DNA of 51,005 nt, filler included, from Circinaria calcarea (Eukaryota), in the NCBI GenBank assembly GCA_051942165.1. It is 2 parts of 2 records of this genome, joined end to end, with 100 filler letters (N's around TTAATTAATTAA, not from the genome) between each part and the next. Parts side by side here need not be neighbours in the genome. Positions count along the whole stretch, not along the records: positions 1 to 25,458 come from JAVECS010000092.1; positions 25,559 to 51,005 come from JAVECS010000093.1. The stretch is one strand, 5' to 3'. Both the position numbers and the translations under genes were made by a program. The notes beneath the pieces were generated by a model. That model saw nothing but the letters and a program-made list of their open reading frames with translations, made no database searches and had not been told where the DNA came from. Of the stretch, positions 22,954 through 34,625 are shown piece after piece; positions within the stretch are counted from its first letter, which is position 1, and each line of letters starts with the position of its first letter.

Positions 22954-23741
22954 ATGGATGCACAAGGTGGTGATGCCTGGCTTCGAGCTTCTAGTGTGGT
23001 AAGTGCAAGTTCCAAACCTTACATGAACGCATTTAACATCCGCAACAGCCCGGCCAGGCAGTCTGCATATCTTGTGGTGTTGAGCTAGCTTCGCACGAAA
23101 AACTCCGCTGGAAGAAAAAGGCTCTTCAAAATGAGAATTACATTTTGCGGCAGAGACTCTTCGAAGCTGGTCAAATCAATCAGACATATGAGGCCCACAT
23201 AAGGGCTTCCAATGTCGAACACGATGAGGTTATCAAGTTGAGAGACAGCGTCAGCAATTATCAAAGATCCTTGACACGTCAGCAGGAGGCACTCGGGTCC
23301 AAAGAAAAGGAGCATACTCTGGCAGTTCAGTCCTTGAGTTACGAATTCAAATGCCACGGAGAAACCGAACGGTCGTTAGAAAAGGAACGCGGTCATGTCC
23401 GAAATATTATTAGCTTCCTGAACACTCTCGATATCCCCAGAAGACCGGATCCAGACAATAACTCGGGTACCGGCACTCTTTGGCTCGAACGGGAACATAT
23501 GAAGGCGAGACTCGAACAGTTAGACGCAAAGACAAAGAGCTTAGAGGAGGAACTTCAGAGTGTCAGGGAAGATATACAACATAAGAAGCTTCTGTTAGAA
23601 GATCTATCTCAAAACTTCAAAGTCGAGCCAGAGAGTACACCGATGCCACCCGTTTTCGAGAGTAGCGAAGAGGAGAACGAGATCAGAACGATCGTGCTGC
23701 CGTCTGGTCTGGGCAAACAACGAAAATGGCTGCGGAATTGA
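22954..23741 (+). pseudogene. coiled-coil hypothetical protein, probable frameshift near 23107
   Basis: MDAQGGDAWLRASSV, a GTAAGT..CAG intron, then PGQAVCISCGVELASHEKLR. The heptad-rich remainder (LEEKALQNENYILRQRL...) is in another frame. Confidence 0.45.
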
Positions 23742-24243
23742 GGGGTCGGCGGCAGATGCTGTTGTCGTTCACGATGCGCTAGCTGTTTTCTGGAGGTGTA
23801 TTTCCCTTGCATGCGTTTAAGTGATTCCACCGTCGAGGTTATTTGGCCACTAGAGACTATTTAAATAGCACAGCGATCTACTAGTAGATGTTTGCGCTGG
23901 ACTAATGATTAGTATTTTACTACCGTCACTGTAAAGTCTCTGCATATAGAAGTACGCCTCGATGCGATGGCTGTGTAATTTCTACCAAACTTCAATAGGC
24001 TTTGATGCCCAATCAGTCATTAGGATAATACCCTGTATACGGCGCATTATAATTGCCTAACAGCTCGGAGCTAACTCAAGGTGGCAAGATGCTGTATGTG
24101 GAGTCTAGGCATCCATCAATAATGACCTCCACTTTCAAATCACCCGCTAAAGATGAAGCTTATGCATTGTGTATATATATAACCGTCTCCGTTCTCCCTG
24201 AACTTTCAAAGATAGCAGGTGTTGATTCTATTTTCCCTATAAA

Positions 24244-25167
24244 ATGGGCTCGCTACAATTACCAGCTGAGCTTCGTTTCATCATATATTATTATCTTCAC
24301 AACGAGCGGCGTAGATACGGCGAAAGGACGGCATGCAGTCCAACGATATCGCAGACAAGCGAGTTGTCAGCTCAGTTCCTCGCAACGAATCAACAGGCCT
24401 ATAGAGAAGCAAGCACGGTTCTCTACGGTACTCAGCCTATACGCTTAAACATCTGGACTCTAGGCCCATATCGATTATATGCAGATCCTTCTCGACCTTG
24501 TTATAGCGCCCTCAGACGTCACATCGAATTGATCCCGGCCATTGAGATCTCTGTGATTGCAATCGATGAAAGAGAAGAAACCCGTGAGATCAGACCTTTC
24601 CGTAACATAGAAGGGATCCTTCCAACCTTAAACCTGAATCCGGACATGGTACAGGAACTAATTATCAGATGCCTTGATTTTCAGACCCTAAAAGAAGTTC
24701 TCCTTCATGTTAGACACTTTACTTTAGCTTTTTACCTTAACAACTTGGATGATGAAGCTCTAAAGTCGTTACAGACAGGGAACCTTCATTGCTTGTCTAC
24801 ATGGACAAGGCGAATCATCACGGAAACCATCTTCGGATTACTGGGTCTAGACATAGACGGCAGAGAATTGATTATTACTGCTACCAGCAAGAATAGTATG
24901 GAGGGGCGGACCCAAGAATCGCAGCTCTGCTGGCAGATGAAGTGGAAAAACTCACTATTCAAAGTGCACTACATACAGCCAGCGCACTGCTTGCTTACCA
25001 AGGGTCATTACATTCTACCTACCTCTGAATTGACTATATTTCGCATAGGAGACTATATCTTGGATGTTAAACTGGACGTGAATGTTAAATTCTATCACCG
25101 TCTAAGCTCTGAAAACGGTTTGGGCAGTGCGATTTCGAGAGAAGCACGACTCGATGTGGGCCGGTAA
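24244..25167 (+). CDS. hypothetical protein with F-box-like N-terminal motif
   Basis: 307-aa ORF starting LQLPAELRFIIYYY, plus FLATNQQAYREASTVLYG, a motif pair common in fungal F-box-like orphans; TATA-like tatatatataa at ~24172. Confidence 0.6.
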   Translation: MGSLQLPAELRFIIYYYLHNERRRYGERTACSPTISQTSELSAQFLATNQQAYREASTVLYGTQPIRLNIWTLGPYRLYADPSRPCYSALRRHIELIPAIEISVIAIDEREETREIRPFRNIEGILPTLNLNPDMVQELIIRCLDFQTLKEVLLHVRHFTLAFYLNNLDDEALKSLQTGNLHCLSTWTRRIITETIFGLLGLDIDGRELIITATSKNSMEGRTQESQLCWQMKWKNSLFKVHYIQPAHCLLTKGHYILPTSELTIFRIGDYILDVKLDVNVKFYHRLSSENGLGSAISREARLDVGR

Positions 25168-25458
25168 ATATGGTAACGGGTAGACCATAGTCGCGTGTGC
25201 ACAGAGCATATCCAGAGGTTTGCAACTCTACCTGCGATACTTGGAGGGGTATTACAGGTACAGTGGCGTCTGTCTGAGGCTAGCAGCTAAGATTCTTACT
25301 GAGATATTTTAACTATCATCTATGCACTTTCACTATTACGTTCGTAGACTAGTGAGGGGGGGTCAAGTATTGATATTTGGGCATAGGCATATTAATAAGG
25401 AATCGCCACCTGCCGATTTTCGTAGAAAATGGAGGCCCCCGGGAGGGTTCTGATAGGG

Positions 25459-25558
25459 NNNNNNNNNNNNNNNNNNNNNNNNNNNNNNNNNNNNNNNNNN
25501 NNTTAATTAATTAANNNNNNNNNNNNNNNNNNNNNNNNNNNNNNNNNNNNNNNNNNNN
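25459..25558. other. assembly gap / artificial contig linker
   Basis: Exactly 44 N + TTAATTAATTAA + 44 N (100 nt); the 12-mer places stops in all six frames. Confidence 0.97.
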
Positions 25559-25936
25559 GAGGGGGGGTGGTATGTAGTTGATTGAATTTGGTAGACGGCC
25601 TGCGGGTTTTGTGGGAAGGCTGCCCTTGCTAGTTTGCAAGTTAGTGAAGCTTTTGTAGGTTATTAATTTACGCTTTTGTAGCCGTAAGAGTATGGGATAG
25701 GGTTTCCTCAGGGACTAGAGTTGTGATTTCGCGAAGAGAGTCATGTACTCAATTGAAATAAAAATAGCACTATGTAGACAACCGAAAAGCGTTCATGTGC
25801 ATTCTTGGGGTATCTGAACATTGCAGTAATCGAAATTGCAAAACACAGCTTTCGCTTGAACTGATGGTAGGCATAAGGAAATCCTGACATACCACACGTC
25901 AATATGCCGGGACTTCGCCCTAGAAATTCTGAGTCT

Positions 25937-27016
25937 CTATCCAGGTATTGCACTCTTTATGACTGCTTGCGGTTTGGAGCCTTGCTGTAGTCCTCCCCGC
26001 AAAGTGGTCCAACTCACTCCATCCACCGTCCTCCCACTCAAGTTTTCGCTAAATTCAATAGCTTCCAGTAATCGCCCCATGGCTATCCTGCGCATCATGA
26101 TTGTATCTTTCGCGCCAGCTAGCTTATTGCCCTCTCTTTTGACCAGGTATTCCTCTAGCCATGCCTCCTCCTTTTCATCGAGAGGCAGACCAAGTAGCTC
26201 CACAGCTCTGCTTGCCCGAATGTCTCCTTCGGAATTGGCATGAACGAAGCAAACTAGTAGCTCAAACAAATGCTGGTGAATCAACTCGCCATGGCTACGA
26301 GAAAAAAAGAAAGCTTCTGTGATGCTTGCGCTGCACATAGTATTGAACAAAGTGTCAAGCACTCTGGTAGATGAGATGATGGGCGAGACTGTGTGATAGT
26401 AGGATAAGGGTAGAGAAGGGTCATCTTTGGGAGCATGTCGGCAAAGGGTGTAGAGGATGTCTTCCGGAAATGTAGGGACAAGGCATGGATCGGTAAGATA
26501 GTCCAATGCTCTCTAAATAGGCCATTTGTAAGTAGTCCAAACGAATATGTAGTAAGTCAACACGGCTCACCTCGAGCACCAGTCGATCTAAGTACCAGAT
26601 GCCATCAATGAATACCTGATACTTGTTCGGTATATAACAGTTCTTGGCATAATCCACCGAACTTTGAGTTTGACTTGGTAGATCTTTTAGTATGTAGTAG
26701 ACTAAAGACTGCTTGTGATGGTCAGGGGAGGTGCTCGTGACGATTCGCTGGTAAAGGTTTCGAAGATCCTGATTTGAACGTGGAGGATATAGCTTTGATG
26801 CTATAAGAAGTAGGCATCAGTCTAAATGTAGTAGTAGGGGACGAAAAGCTGGTTTTAAACACCTTGATCCACCCCAACAGCCTTGAGCAATCGGTCGAAG
26901 AAGAGCTCATTTTCTAGTGCGCGCCGATGGTGGTGAATTTGCTCAATTACTTGATGATTGTAAGCCAGGTCTAGTTTTGTGCCAAAGATACTGTCAAAGT
27001 CATCGCTTTCCTCCAT
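25937..27016 (-). CDS. ELYS-like nuclear pore assembly protein
   Basis: Three exons: LFFDRLL, YPPRSNQDLRNLYQRI..HHKQSLVYYILKD, FIDGIWYLDRL, ALDYLTDPCLVPTFPEDIL, LPLSYYHTVSP, ELLGLPLDEKEEAWLEEYL. Introns at 26862-26801 and ~26570-26516. Confidence 0.8.
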
Positions 27017-27233
27017 ACTGCACAACGATCTGCGTTGCGCCGGTGTAGTACTTTGTAGACGGCTGTAGCATCGTGGTGGAAAACCAGCTCCAGGCACGAA
27101 GAGATTGAAGATCACATAAGGATTGGCAGCGGGAACTAGTTGTCGATCGCGTGCAGGGCCGAAGTTCAATGTAAACAATCACGTCTCCCCGCTTGCGATA
27201 CGCGACATTGATTCGCAAAGTCTGCAATCCACA
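27017..27233. promoter_or_regulatory. short bidirectional promoter between ELYS-like gene and SMC4
   Basis: 217-bp head-to-head spacer containing CGCG elements (cgcgt ~27148, acgcg ~27200). Confidence 0.45.
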
Positions 27234-30200
27234 ATGGCTTCTATGTCACCAACGCGTCCGTCACGGAGGGCTGCTGCCAGGAAGAAAATCGTTGTCGATG
27301 AATCAGATGGTGAAGACACGGTTATGCAGGATGACGCCCCGGACGACGATGCAGAGGAGTTTACACCAGCACCGCAGCGCAGCCCCCGGCGGACAAACAG
27401 GAGAACGACGACAGGCGTACCTCCGACACCACATACGGCCCCACGGGCTAGAAGAGCAAAGACTGGGGAAAGCATTGAGCCGTCGCAGATATTCAATCCG
27501 GAAGAAACGGATCTTCATGTCCCAGTGTCGCCTACAAAACGGGCATCTCCAAAAAAGCGGAAAAGTACCGCGCCAAGTAAGAAGAGAGGTACCTCAGTCT
27601 CCATGGACCCTCCACCGCTACCTACGCCGCATCCTTCAGCGACGCCAGAACCTTCTCAACTACATGGTACTCCTCTAGGAGATATTACTAGCACAACCAT
27701 CAACGGGCAAGCAGGTCCCGTACCGGAGATCAAGAAGGAGTTTGTCAAGATCAAGCCCATGGACACGATGCTGGAAATGCCTAGGGATATAGTCGTTCGC
27801 ACAAGAGCTTTAGGGATACCAAAGACTCAGGAGCCAGCAGGCTCCAAGTCACGCACAGTGATTCAGTATCTGGTGCTCACAAATTTCAAAAGTTACGCAG
27901 GGAGACAGAAAGTGGGACCGTTTCATACCTCGTTTTCCTCCGTAGTGGGGCCTAATGGATCCGGCAAATCAAACGTCATTGATTCATTGCTGTTTGTGTT
28001 TGGCTTTCGTGCGAGTAAGATGCGGCAAGGCAAAATCTCGGCATTGATACACAATTCTGCAGGATTTCAAGACCTAGGCTACTGCGAAGTCGAGGTTCAT
28101 TTTCAAGAGGTTGTTGACTTGGTGAGTAAATGTTGGTAGAACGCAAATCTTCCTTATCCCTACTTACATTACAGCAGCCTGATGGGAAACATGAAATTGT
28201 ACCCGACTCGACTCTAATAATATCCCGGAAAGCTTTCAAGAACAATGCAAGCAAGTATTACATCAATGCTCATGAATCAAACTTCACAGCTGTTACGACA
28301 CTTCTTCGAGACAGAGGGGTAGACCTAGACCATAAGCGCTTCTTAATTCTGCAAGGTGAAGTAGAGTCGATAGCGCAAATGAAGCCAAAGGCCGCAAATG
28401 AACACGATGATGGACTTCTCGAGTACCTGGAAGATATCATAGGGACCTCGAAATACAAGACACCAATTGAGGAGTCAGCCACAGAGATAGAGACGCTGAA
28501 TGAAGTCTGCGTTGAGAAGAATGCACGGGTACAACATGTGGAGAAGGAGAAGAATGGCTTGGAGGATAAGAAGAACAAGGCCGTAGCTTATATTTCGAAT
28601 GAGAATGAGCTCACCAAGAAGCAATCAGCGTTGTATCAGATCTATGTCGACGAATGTAACGATAATATCATTGTGACAGGCGAAGCCATTGATCATCTTC
28701 AAGGCCAGCTAGATGCAGAACTAGCGAAACATCATGGGAATGAGGATGGCATCAAAGATTTAGAAAAGCAGTACAGGCGGGGATTGAAGGATTATGACAG
28801 TCTTGAGAAGTCAACACAAGCCGTTATCAAAGAAATGGCAAAATTTGACAAGGAAAATGTCAAATTCGAGGAGAAGAAGAAATTCCTCACAAACAAACAG
28901 GAGAAGTTGAGAAAGGCTTTACGATCCAGCCAGCTGGCTGGCTCGGAGGCCAATGGTCTAATACAAAAGCATTCGGATGACATCGAGCGCAACAATGTGG
29001 AGATTATCTCCCTGAACAAGAACAGGAAGTTTGAAGAGCAAGAGCTGATTGCCATCAGAGATAGTCTGAAAGGAAAGACGCAAGCCTTCTCCGATCAAAT
29101 CGCCTTGAAGCAGAAGTCATTAGAGCCATGGAACGAGAAAATCAACGAGAAACAGTCTGCCATAGCCGTTGCGCAAAGCGAACTTGATATATTGCGAGAA
29201 AGAGCGTCTGCTGGTGAAGTTGCACTCGAAGAGACCAAGACCAAAATTGAAGTCATTGAGCAAGGTAATGTAGCTAAAATGACCGAGCTCGAAAGAATCA
29301 AGGCCCAAAGAAGCCAAATTAAGAAGGAGTCAGACAAGCTACGACAAGAATTGGCCAAGCACGCCCAGAAAGAGCCTGAGCTACGAGCGCAGCTATCTGG
29401 GGCTCGCCAAAGAGCCGACGAAGCCAAAGCTAGCTTGTCAAACAGCCAAAGCCAAGGGAACGTGCTGAACGGGCTCATGAGGTTGAAGGAGTCAGGCCGC
29501 ATCGAGGGCTTTCACGGTCGACTTGGTAATCTCGGAACCATTGATCAGAAGTATGATGTAGCTATATCGACCGCATGCCCTTCACTGGAGAATCTAGTTG
29601 TTGACACCGTCGAAGTTGGTCAGCAATGCATTGATTATCTTCGCAAAAACAATCTCGGACGAGCAAACATCATATTACTTGATCGATTAGCACGACGAGA
29701 CATGACTACTTTGGACACTCCAGAAGGCGTACCAAGGCTTTTTGATCTCGTGAAGGCCAAGGATGAGGGATTTCGACCCGCGTTCTTCAGTGTCCTGCAG
29801 AACACTCTGGTTGCCAAGGATCTGGAGCAAGCCAATCGAATAGCATACGGTGCGAGAAGATGGAGAGTCGTGACCCTCGATGGCCAGCTGATTGATGTAT
29901 CGGGGACCATGAGTGGTGGTGGTACTAGAGTCGCTAGAGGTGGCATGTCTTCTAAGTTGGTAGCAGACACTACGAAAGAACAGGTATCAAAGTTAGAGAT
30001 CGACCGCGACGGACTGGAGCAGCAATTTGAGGCGTTCCAGCAGAGGCAACGAAAATTGGAGGCAGACCTTAAGCAGCTTGAGGGTCAGATTCCACAGCTC
30101 GAGACGCAGATACAGAAGACAGGTCTGGAGGTAGACAGTTCTAACCGGAATCTTGCAGATGCGCAACGTCGGATCACTGAGCTGACAGCAGCCCAGCAGC

Positions 30201-31791
30201 CGGCAGAGTCAGATGATGCTCGGATAAGGCAATTGGATAAACTAATCTCGCAGCTAGAGAGAGAAGCGGCCAAACTTCATGCACAAACAGCCGGGCTGGA
30301 GCAAGAAATCAAGGAACTACAAGATAAGATCATGGAAGTTGGCGGTGTTCGGCTTCGGGGACAAAAAGCCAAGGTTGACGGTTTGAAGGAGCAGATAGAT
30401 ACTCTAAACGAAGAGATATCGAATGCGGAAGTCGCTAAGTCAAAGGCTGAAAAGGATAAAGTCAAGCACGAGAAAGCTTATGCCCAGTCTGAACAGGAAA
30501 TAGCTGCTGCGGCGGAGGATCTGGAGCAGTTGGATAAAGAGGCGAAGAACCAAGCTTCGGATGCTTTTGGGTCGAAACGGAAAGCAGAGGAAGCGCGAGA
30601 GGTACCTTATGTTAATCCAGCATACTCATTTCCTGTGCAGCTAACTATGGACTAGGCGCTAGACACGAAGAAAGAAGAGCTCGCGGTACTTAAGCAGGAC
30701 ATTGATCAGAAAACAACTGAACTCAACGAGATTCGTGCTGTGGAGATTGAGATGAAAAATAAGCTGGAAGAAAACCACAAAGTTCTTACTGAAAACCAGA
30801 AACGTCTTCGCTACTGGTCTGAGAAGCTCAGCAAGCTAAGCCTCCAAAGCGTCAGGTGTGTGTTTAATATCCATCAATACAAGTGAGGTCTGACCCCTGG
30901 ATTTAGCGACCTTGGCGAAGATCAAGAAGTTCCGCAGCTCCCTGAATTCACCAAAGACGAGCTCCTCGATATGAATAAAGAAACGCTCAAAGCTGAAATC
31001 GCCATCCTCGAAGAAAAAAACCAAAATAACCCCGTCGACCTTGCGGTCCTGGCTGAGTATCGCCGCCGAGTTGAAGAGTACACCTCCCGTAGTACCGACC
31101 TTCAATCTGCAGTCACATCACGCGATACAGCCAAGAAACGCTGCGATGACCTGCGTAAACTCCGCCTAGAGGGTTTTATGGAAGGTTTCAGTATGATTTC
31201 TCTACGACTGAAGGAGATGTACCAGATGATCACTATGGGTGGTAACGCTGAGCTTGAGCTTGTTGATTCCCTGGATCCGTTTTCGGAGGGTATCCTGTTC
31301 AGTGTGATGCCACCAAAGAAATCGTGGAAGAATATCTCAAATCTCAGTGGTGGGGAGAAGACGTTAAGTAGTCTCGCGTTGGTATTTGCATTGCATCATT
31401 ATAAGCCAACACCCTTGTATGTGATGGATGAGATTGACGCCGCTTTGGACTTTAGGAATGTGAGTTACCGGATGAGAGCGCACGGTTAAGAGGAAGAAAG
31501 ACGCTGACAATGTTCATAGGTGTCGATTGTGGCGAGTTATATCAAGGAGAGGACGAAGAACGCACAGTTCATTGTTATCTCATTAAGAAATAATATGGTG
31601 TGTTGTGGCGAACTTGACTGATTGTTTGGGGAGCTAATTGGTGTAGTTTGAGCTCGCTTCCCGTTTGGTTGGAGTGTACAAGGTCAATAACATGGTGTGT
31701 CATTGGATTCTTATGCTTCTCCTAAGGAGTTACTGACATTGAGCAGACAAAGAGTGTCACCATCGAGAACAAGGATTACATTACTCGGTAG
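27234..31791 (+). CDS. SMC4: condensin subunit SMC4 (Cut3)
   Basis: NFKSYAG, Walker A VGPNGSGKSNVIDSLLFVFG, RFLILQGEVESIAQMKPK, hinge GFHGRLGNLG, signature LSGGEKTLSSLAL, Walker B YVMDEIDAALDFRN, C-terminal TKSVTIENKDYITR*; several canonical introns. Confidence 0.97.
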
Positions 31792-32011
31792 GTTCAGTTT
31801 GGCTAAGTTTATATTTGGGATGGGAGGAGGCGTCGGCTGGGCTGTGCGGGTGGATAACAATGGGCATCAGTGACTTTTCTGGAAGGTTGGGGGAAGGTCT
31901 GATATATAGCATATTTCATAACTCTTCGAGATAGTTACGACACTAGCGTGTCTCTCCGAGATGACCAATAGAAACGCGAATAACACTCACGCATAGAAAT
32001 TTGTCTAAGTA

Positions 32012-34068
32012 ATGTCCCTTCTATTCACATGTCGCCGTTTTAGACCGCCAACGATAGGAACTCACTGGGATTGCTCGTCATATCTTCATAAGACTTATGC
32101 GAAGTCTACCAGAAGGATATCACCACTCTTGGCACCGACCCGTCAGTTCCACACAGACACTCTTGGCCTCGACAGTATCCCTTTTCGCAAGCAGCTGAAG
32201 GATGAGGCTAAGCAACGACGTGCCACCGGGGTGGATGTATCAAGAAAACGGAAGGGAGGTTCAAATGGCCGCCTGGACAAGTGGGAGTTGACGGTGGGAA
32301 TCGAGGTCCATGCCCAATTGAATACCGAGCGGAAGCTATTCTCAAGTCAGTGAGGAAGAGACTGAAGCAGATGAATAGACGCTTAACATCCCAAGGAGCG
32401 GCTACTTCGAGTAGCGACTACGCAAACTCCCATGTTGCCTTGTTTGATCTTGCAATGCCGGGCAGCCAGCCAGTGAGTCTCAACGTTCCTTAAGTGGTAG
32501 AGGATATGGGAGATGCTGATGTTTATGTAGGAGTTCCAAAGAGCTACTCTTTTACCGGCAATACGAGCTGCCATCGCCCTCAACTGCGACATTCAGCGAA
32601 TGAGCAAGTTTGACAGGAAGCACTACTTCTACCAAGACCAACCTGCAGGATACCAAATCACGCAGTACTACGGTAGATCAAGCCTTTATCGTCCCTGGAA
32701 ACACTCTGACAGGGATAGAGCCTTTTGCCAAAGATGGATATATTACTCTCTTTGACTACGATGGAATTGCTCTAGAAGACGGCAAATCCATTAAGATCGG
32801 GATAAAGCAGATTCAAATGGAACAGGACACTGCAAAGTCTACGCATGCACCTCATGACTCCGTACTCCTAGACTTGAACCGAGTTGGACAACCCCTCATC
32901 GAGATTATCACACTACCCCGTATCCATCATCCCAAAACCGCAGCCGCATGTATAAGGAAGATTCAAAACATACTACAAGCCGTCAATGCTGTGACGACAG
33001 GCATGGAGATGGGCGGACTAAGAGCCGACGTGAATGTTTCCATAAGACAACTGAGCGCTGACCCTGGGCCACATGCATACTATGGTGTAACTGGGCTGGG
33101 GCAGCGTACGGAAATAAAGAATCTTAGCAGCTTCAAGGCTGTTGAGGATGCCATCGTTGCGGAAAGAGACCGCCAAATTAACGTACTTGAATCTGGTGGA
33201 CAGATTGTGGGCGAGACAAGAGGATGGTCTCTGGGAAGCACTGACACTCGAAAGTTACGTGGGAAAGAAGGTGAGGTGGACTACAGATACATGCCGGACC
33301 CTGACATTGCACCGGTCATAGTAGGCAAGGTTAGTCCGTCAACCTTGTGCATGGAAACCAAGCTGAGCCTTGTAAAGGATCTAGTAGATCACCTGGCGAG
33401 TTCTTTACCGGTCTTACCAGACCAGCAGATTCGTCGGCTTGTCGGAGATAACCAGTTGTCTATCAAAGATGCCAAGACTTTGGTTGCTCTTGACGACGGA
33501 GAACGATTGGATTACTTTGATGCGGTCCTCTCGATTCTATCCCATACTGCAGGTGACCACAAGGAACAACGTAGCCAGTATGGTAAAACGGCTGCGAATT
33601 GGTATTTCAATTTCCTTAAGATAATACGTTGACTACTGGTTGACTATATTCGCTAGGATACTGCACGAACTCGGTGGTCTCTTGAGCGCATCCGAAACCA
33701 GCTTTTCCCATGCCCAAGTCCCTGCACATGCGCTGGCTTCAATAATACAGAACCTACTCAAGGAGCGAATCACCGGCAGGACAGCAAAACGTTTGCTATC
33801 GATGGCCTTCGATGGTGATACAAGGGACATTGATCTCATCATAAGACAAGAGAGCCTAGAACTCCACACCCTGGCAGATGAGGAGTATGAAAAGATGGCA
33901 CGGGGCCTAGTATCGGAGAACGAGGAAATGGCCGAGAAGATTCGATCAAGTGGGCAGATGGGTAAACTGCAATGGTTCGTCGGGCAGATGATGCGACAAG
34001 GTGAGGGCAGGGTGGAGGCGGGTAAGGCGGAAGCTATGTTGAAGCGGATACTTGAACTGGATGATTAG
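32012..34068 (+). CDS. PET112: mitochondrial glutamyl-tRNA(Gln) amidotransferase subunit B
   Basis: Arg-rich presequence, [83 protein letters not shown]; multi-exon. Confidence 0.95.
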
Positions 34069-34625
34069 CACTAGACGGGTAATTCTGTGCACCTGGCACT
34101 GAGGGTGATGGCGAATCTTTGAGACTGTGGCCATTCGACGACACTGACTCTGCGAGGGAGGTTGGTTGTATTGTACTGGCAACCTTTGGCGGTACATATG
34201 TTGTTATAAGGCATTCTGCTTTCATGCTCTTACGAAGTAAATCATCCAATGCTCTGAGGTGCTGAGGAGTGTGCCCCTTGCTTAGAGTTGCGGATACCCG
34301 CAGGTGTCGTTGCCCGCCTGGCCGTTTTTCGCTGATGTAAATAGGTCTTTACTTCTGCCTTTGATACTTTCGACTTCTGCGGTGTAAGTGCGAGTTGAAG
34401 CAGTAAACGGGGGGTACTTCCCTGTATCACATTATCATCTCATTCCTTTCTATATCGAGAGATATATCATATTGCTCGCTTACCATTTACATTCCAGCAC
34501 CAACTTGTCCTCGGCGGACTTGGCGCGCTTGATATCAACACTTCTGCGTTTTCCCATTTTATGTGGGTTCTTTCAGCCCAAAATGGCATATTCGTGGTTA
34601 CCTAGGAGAGGGTAAAGTCGCAGTT

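Noticed and set aside
25503..25514. TTAATTAATTAA as a piggyBac TTAA target or biological palindrome
   Set aside because: Centred in symmetric N runs totalling exactly 100 nt, so it is an artificial linker.
28270..30465. Several minus-strand ORFs within SMC4
   Set aside because: Antisense shadows of a long coiled-coil exon; no independent motifs.
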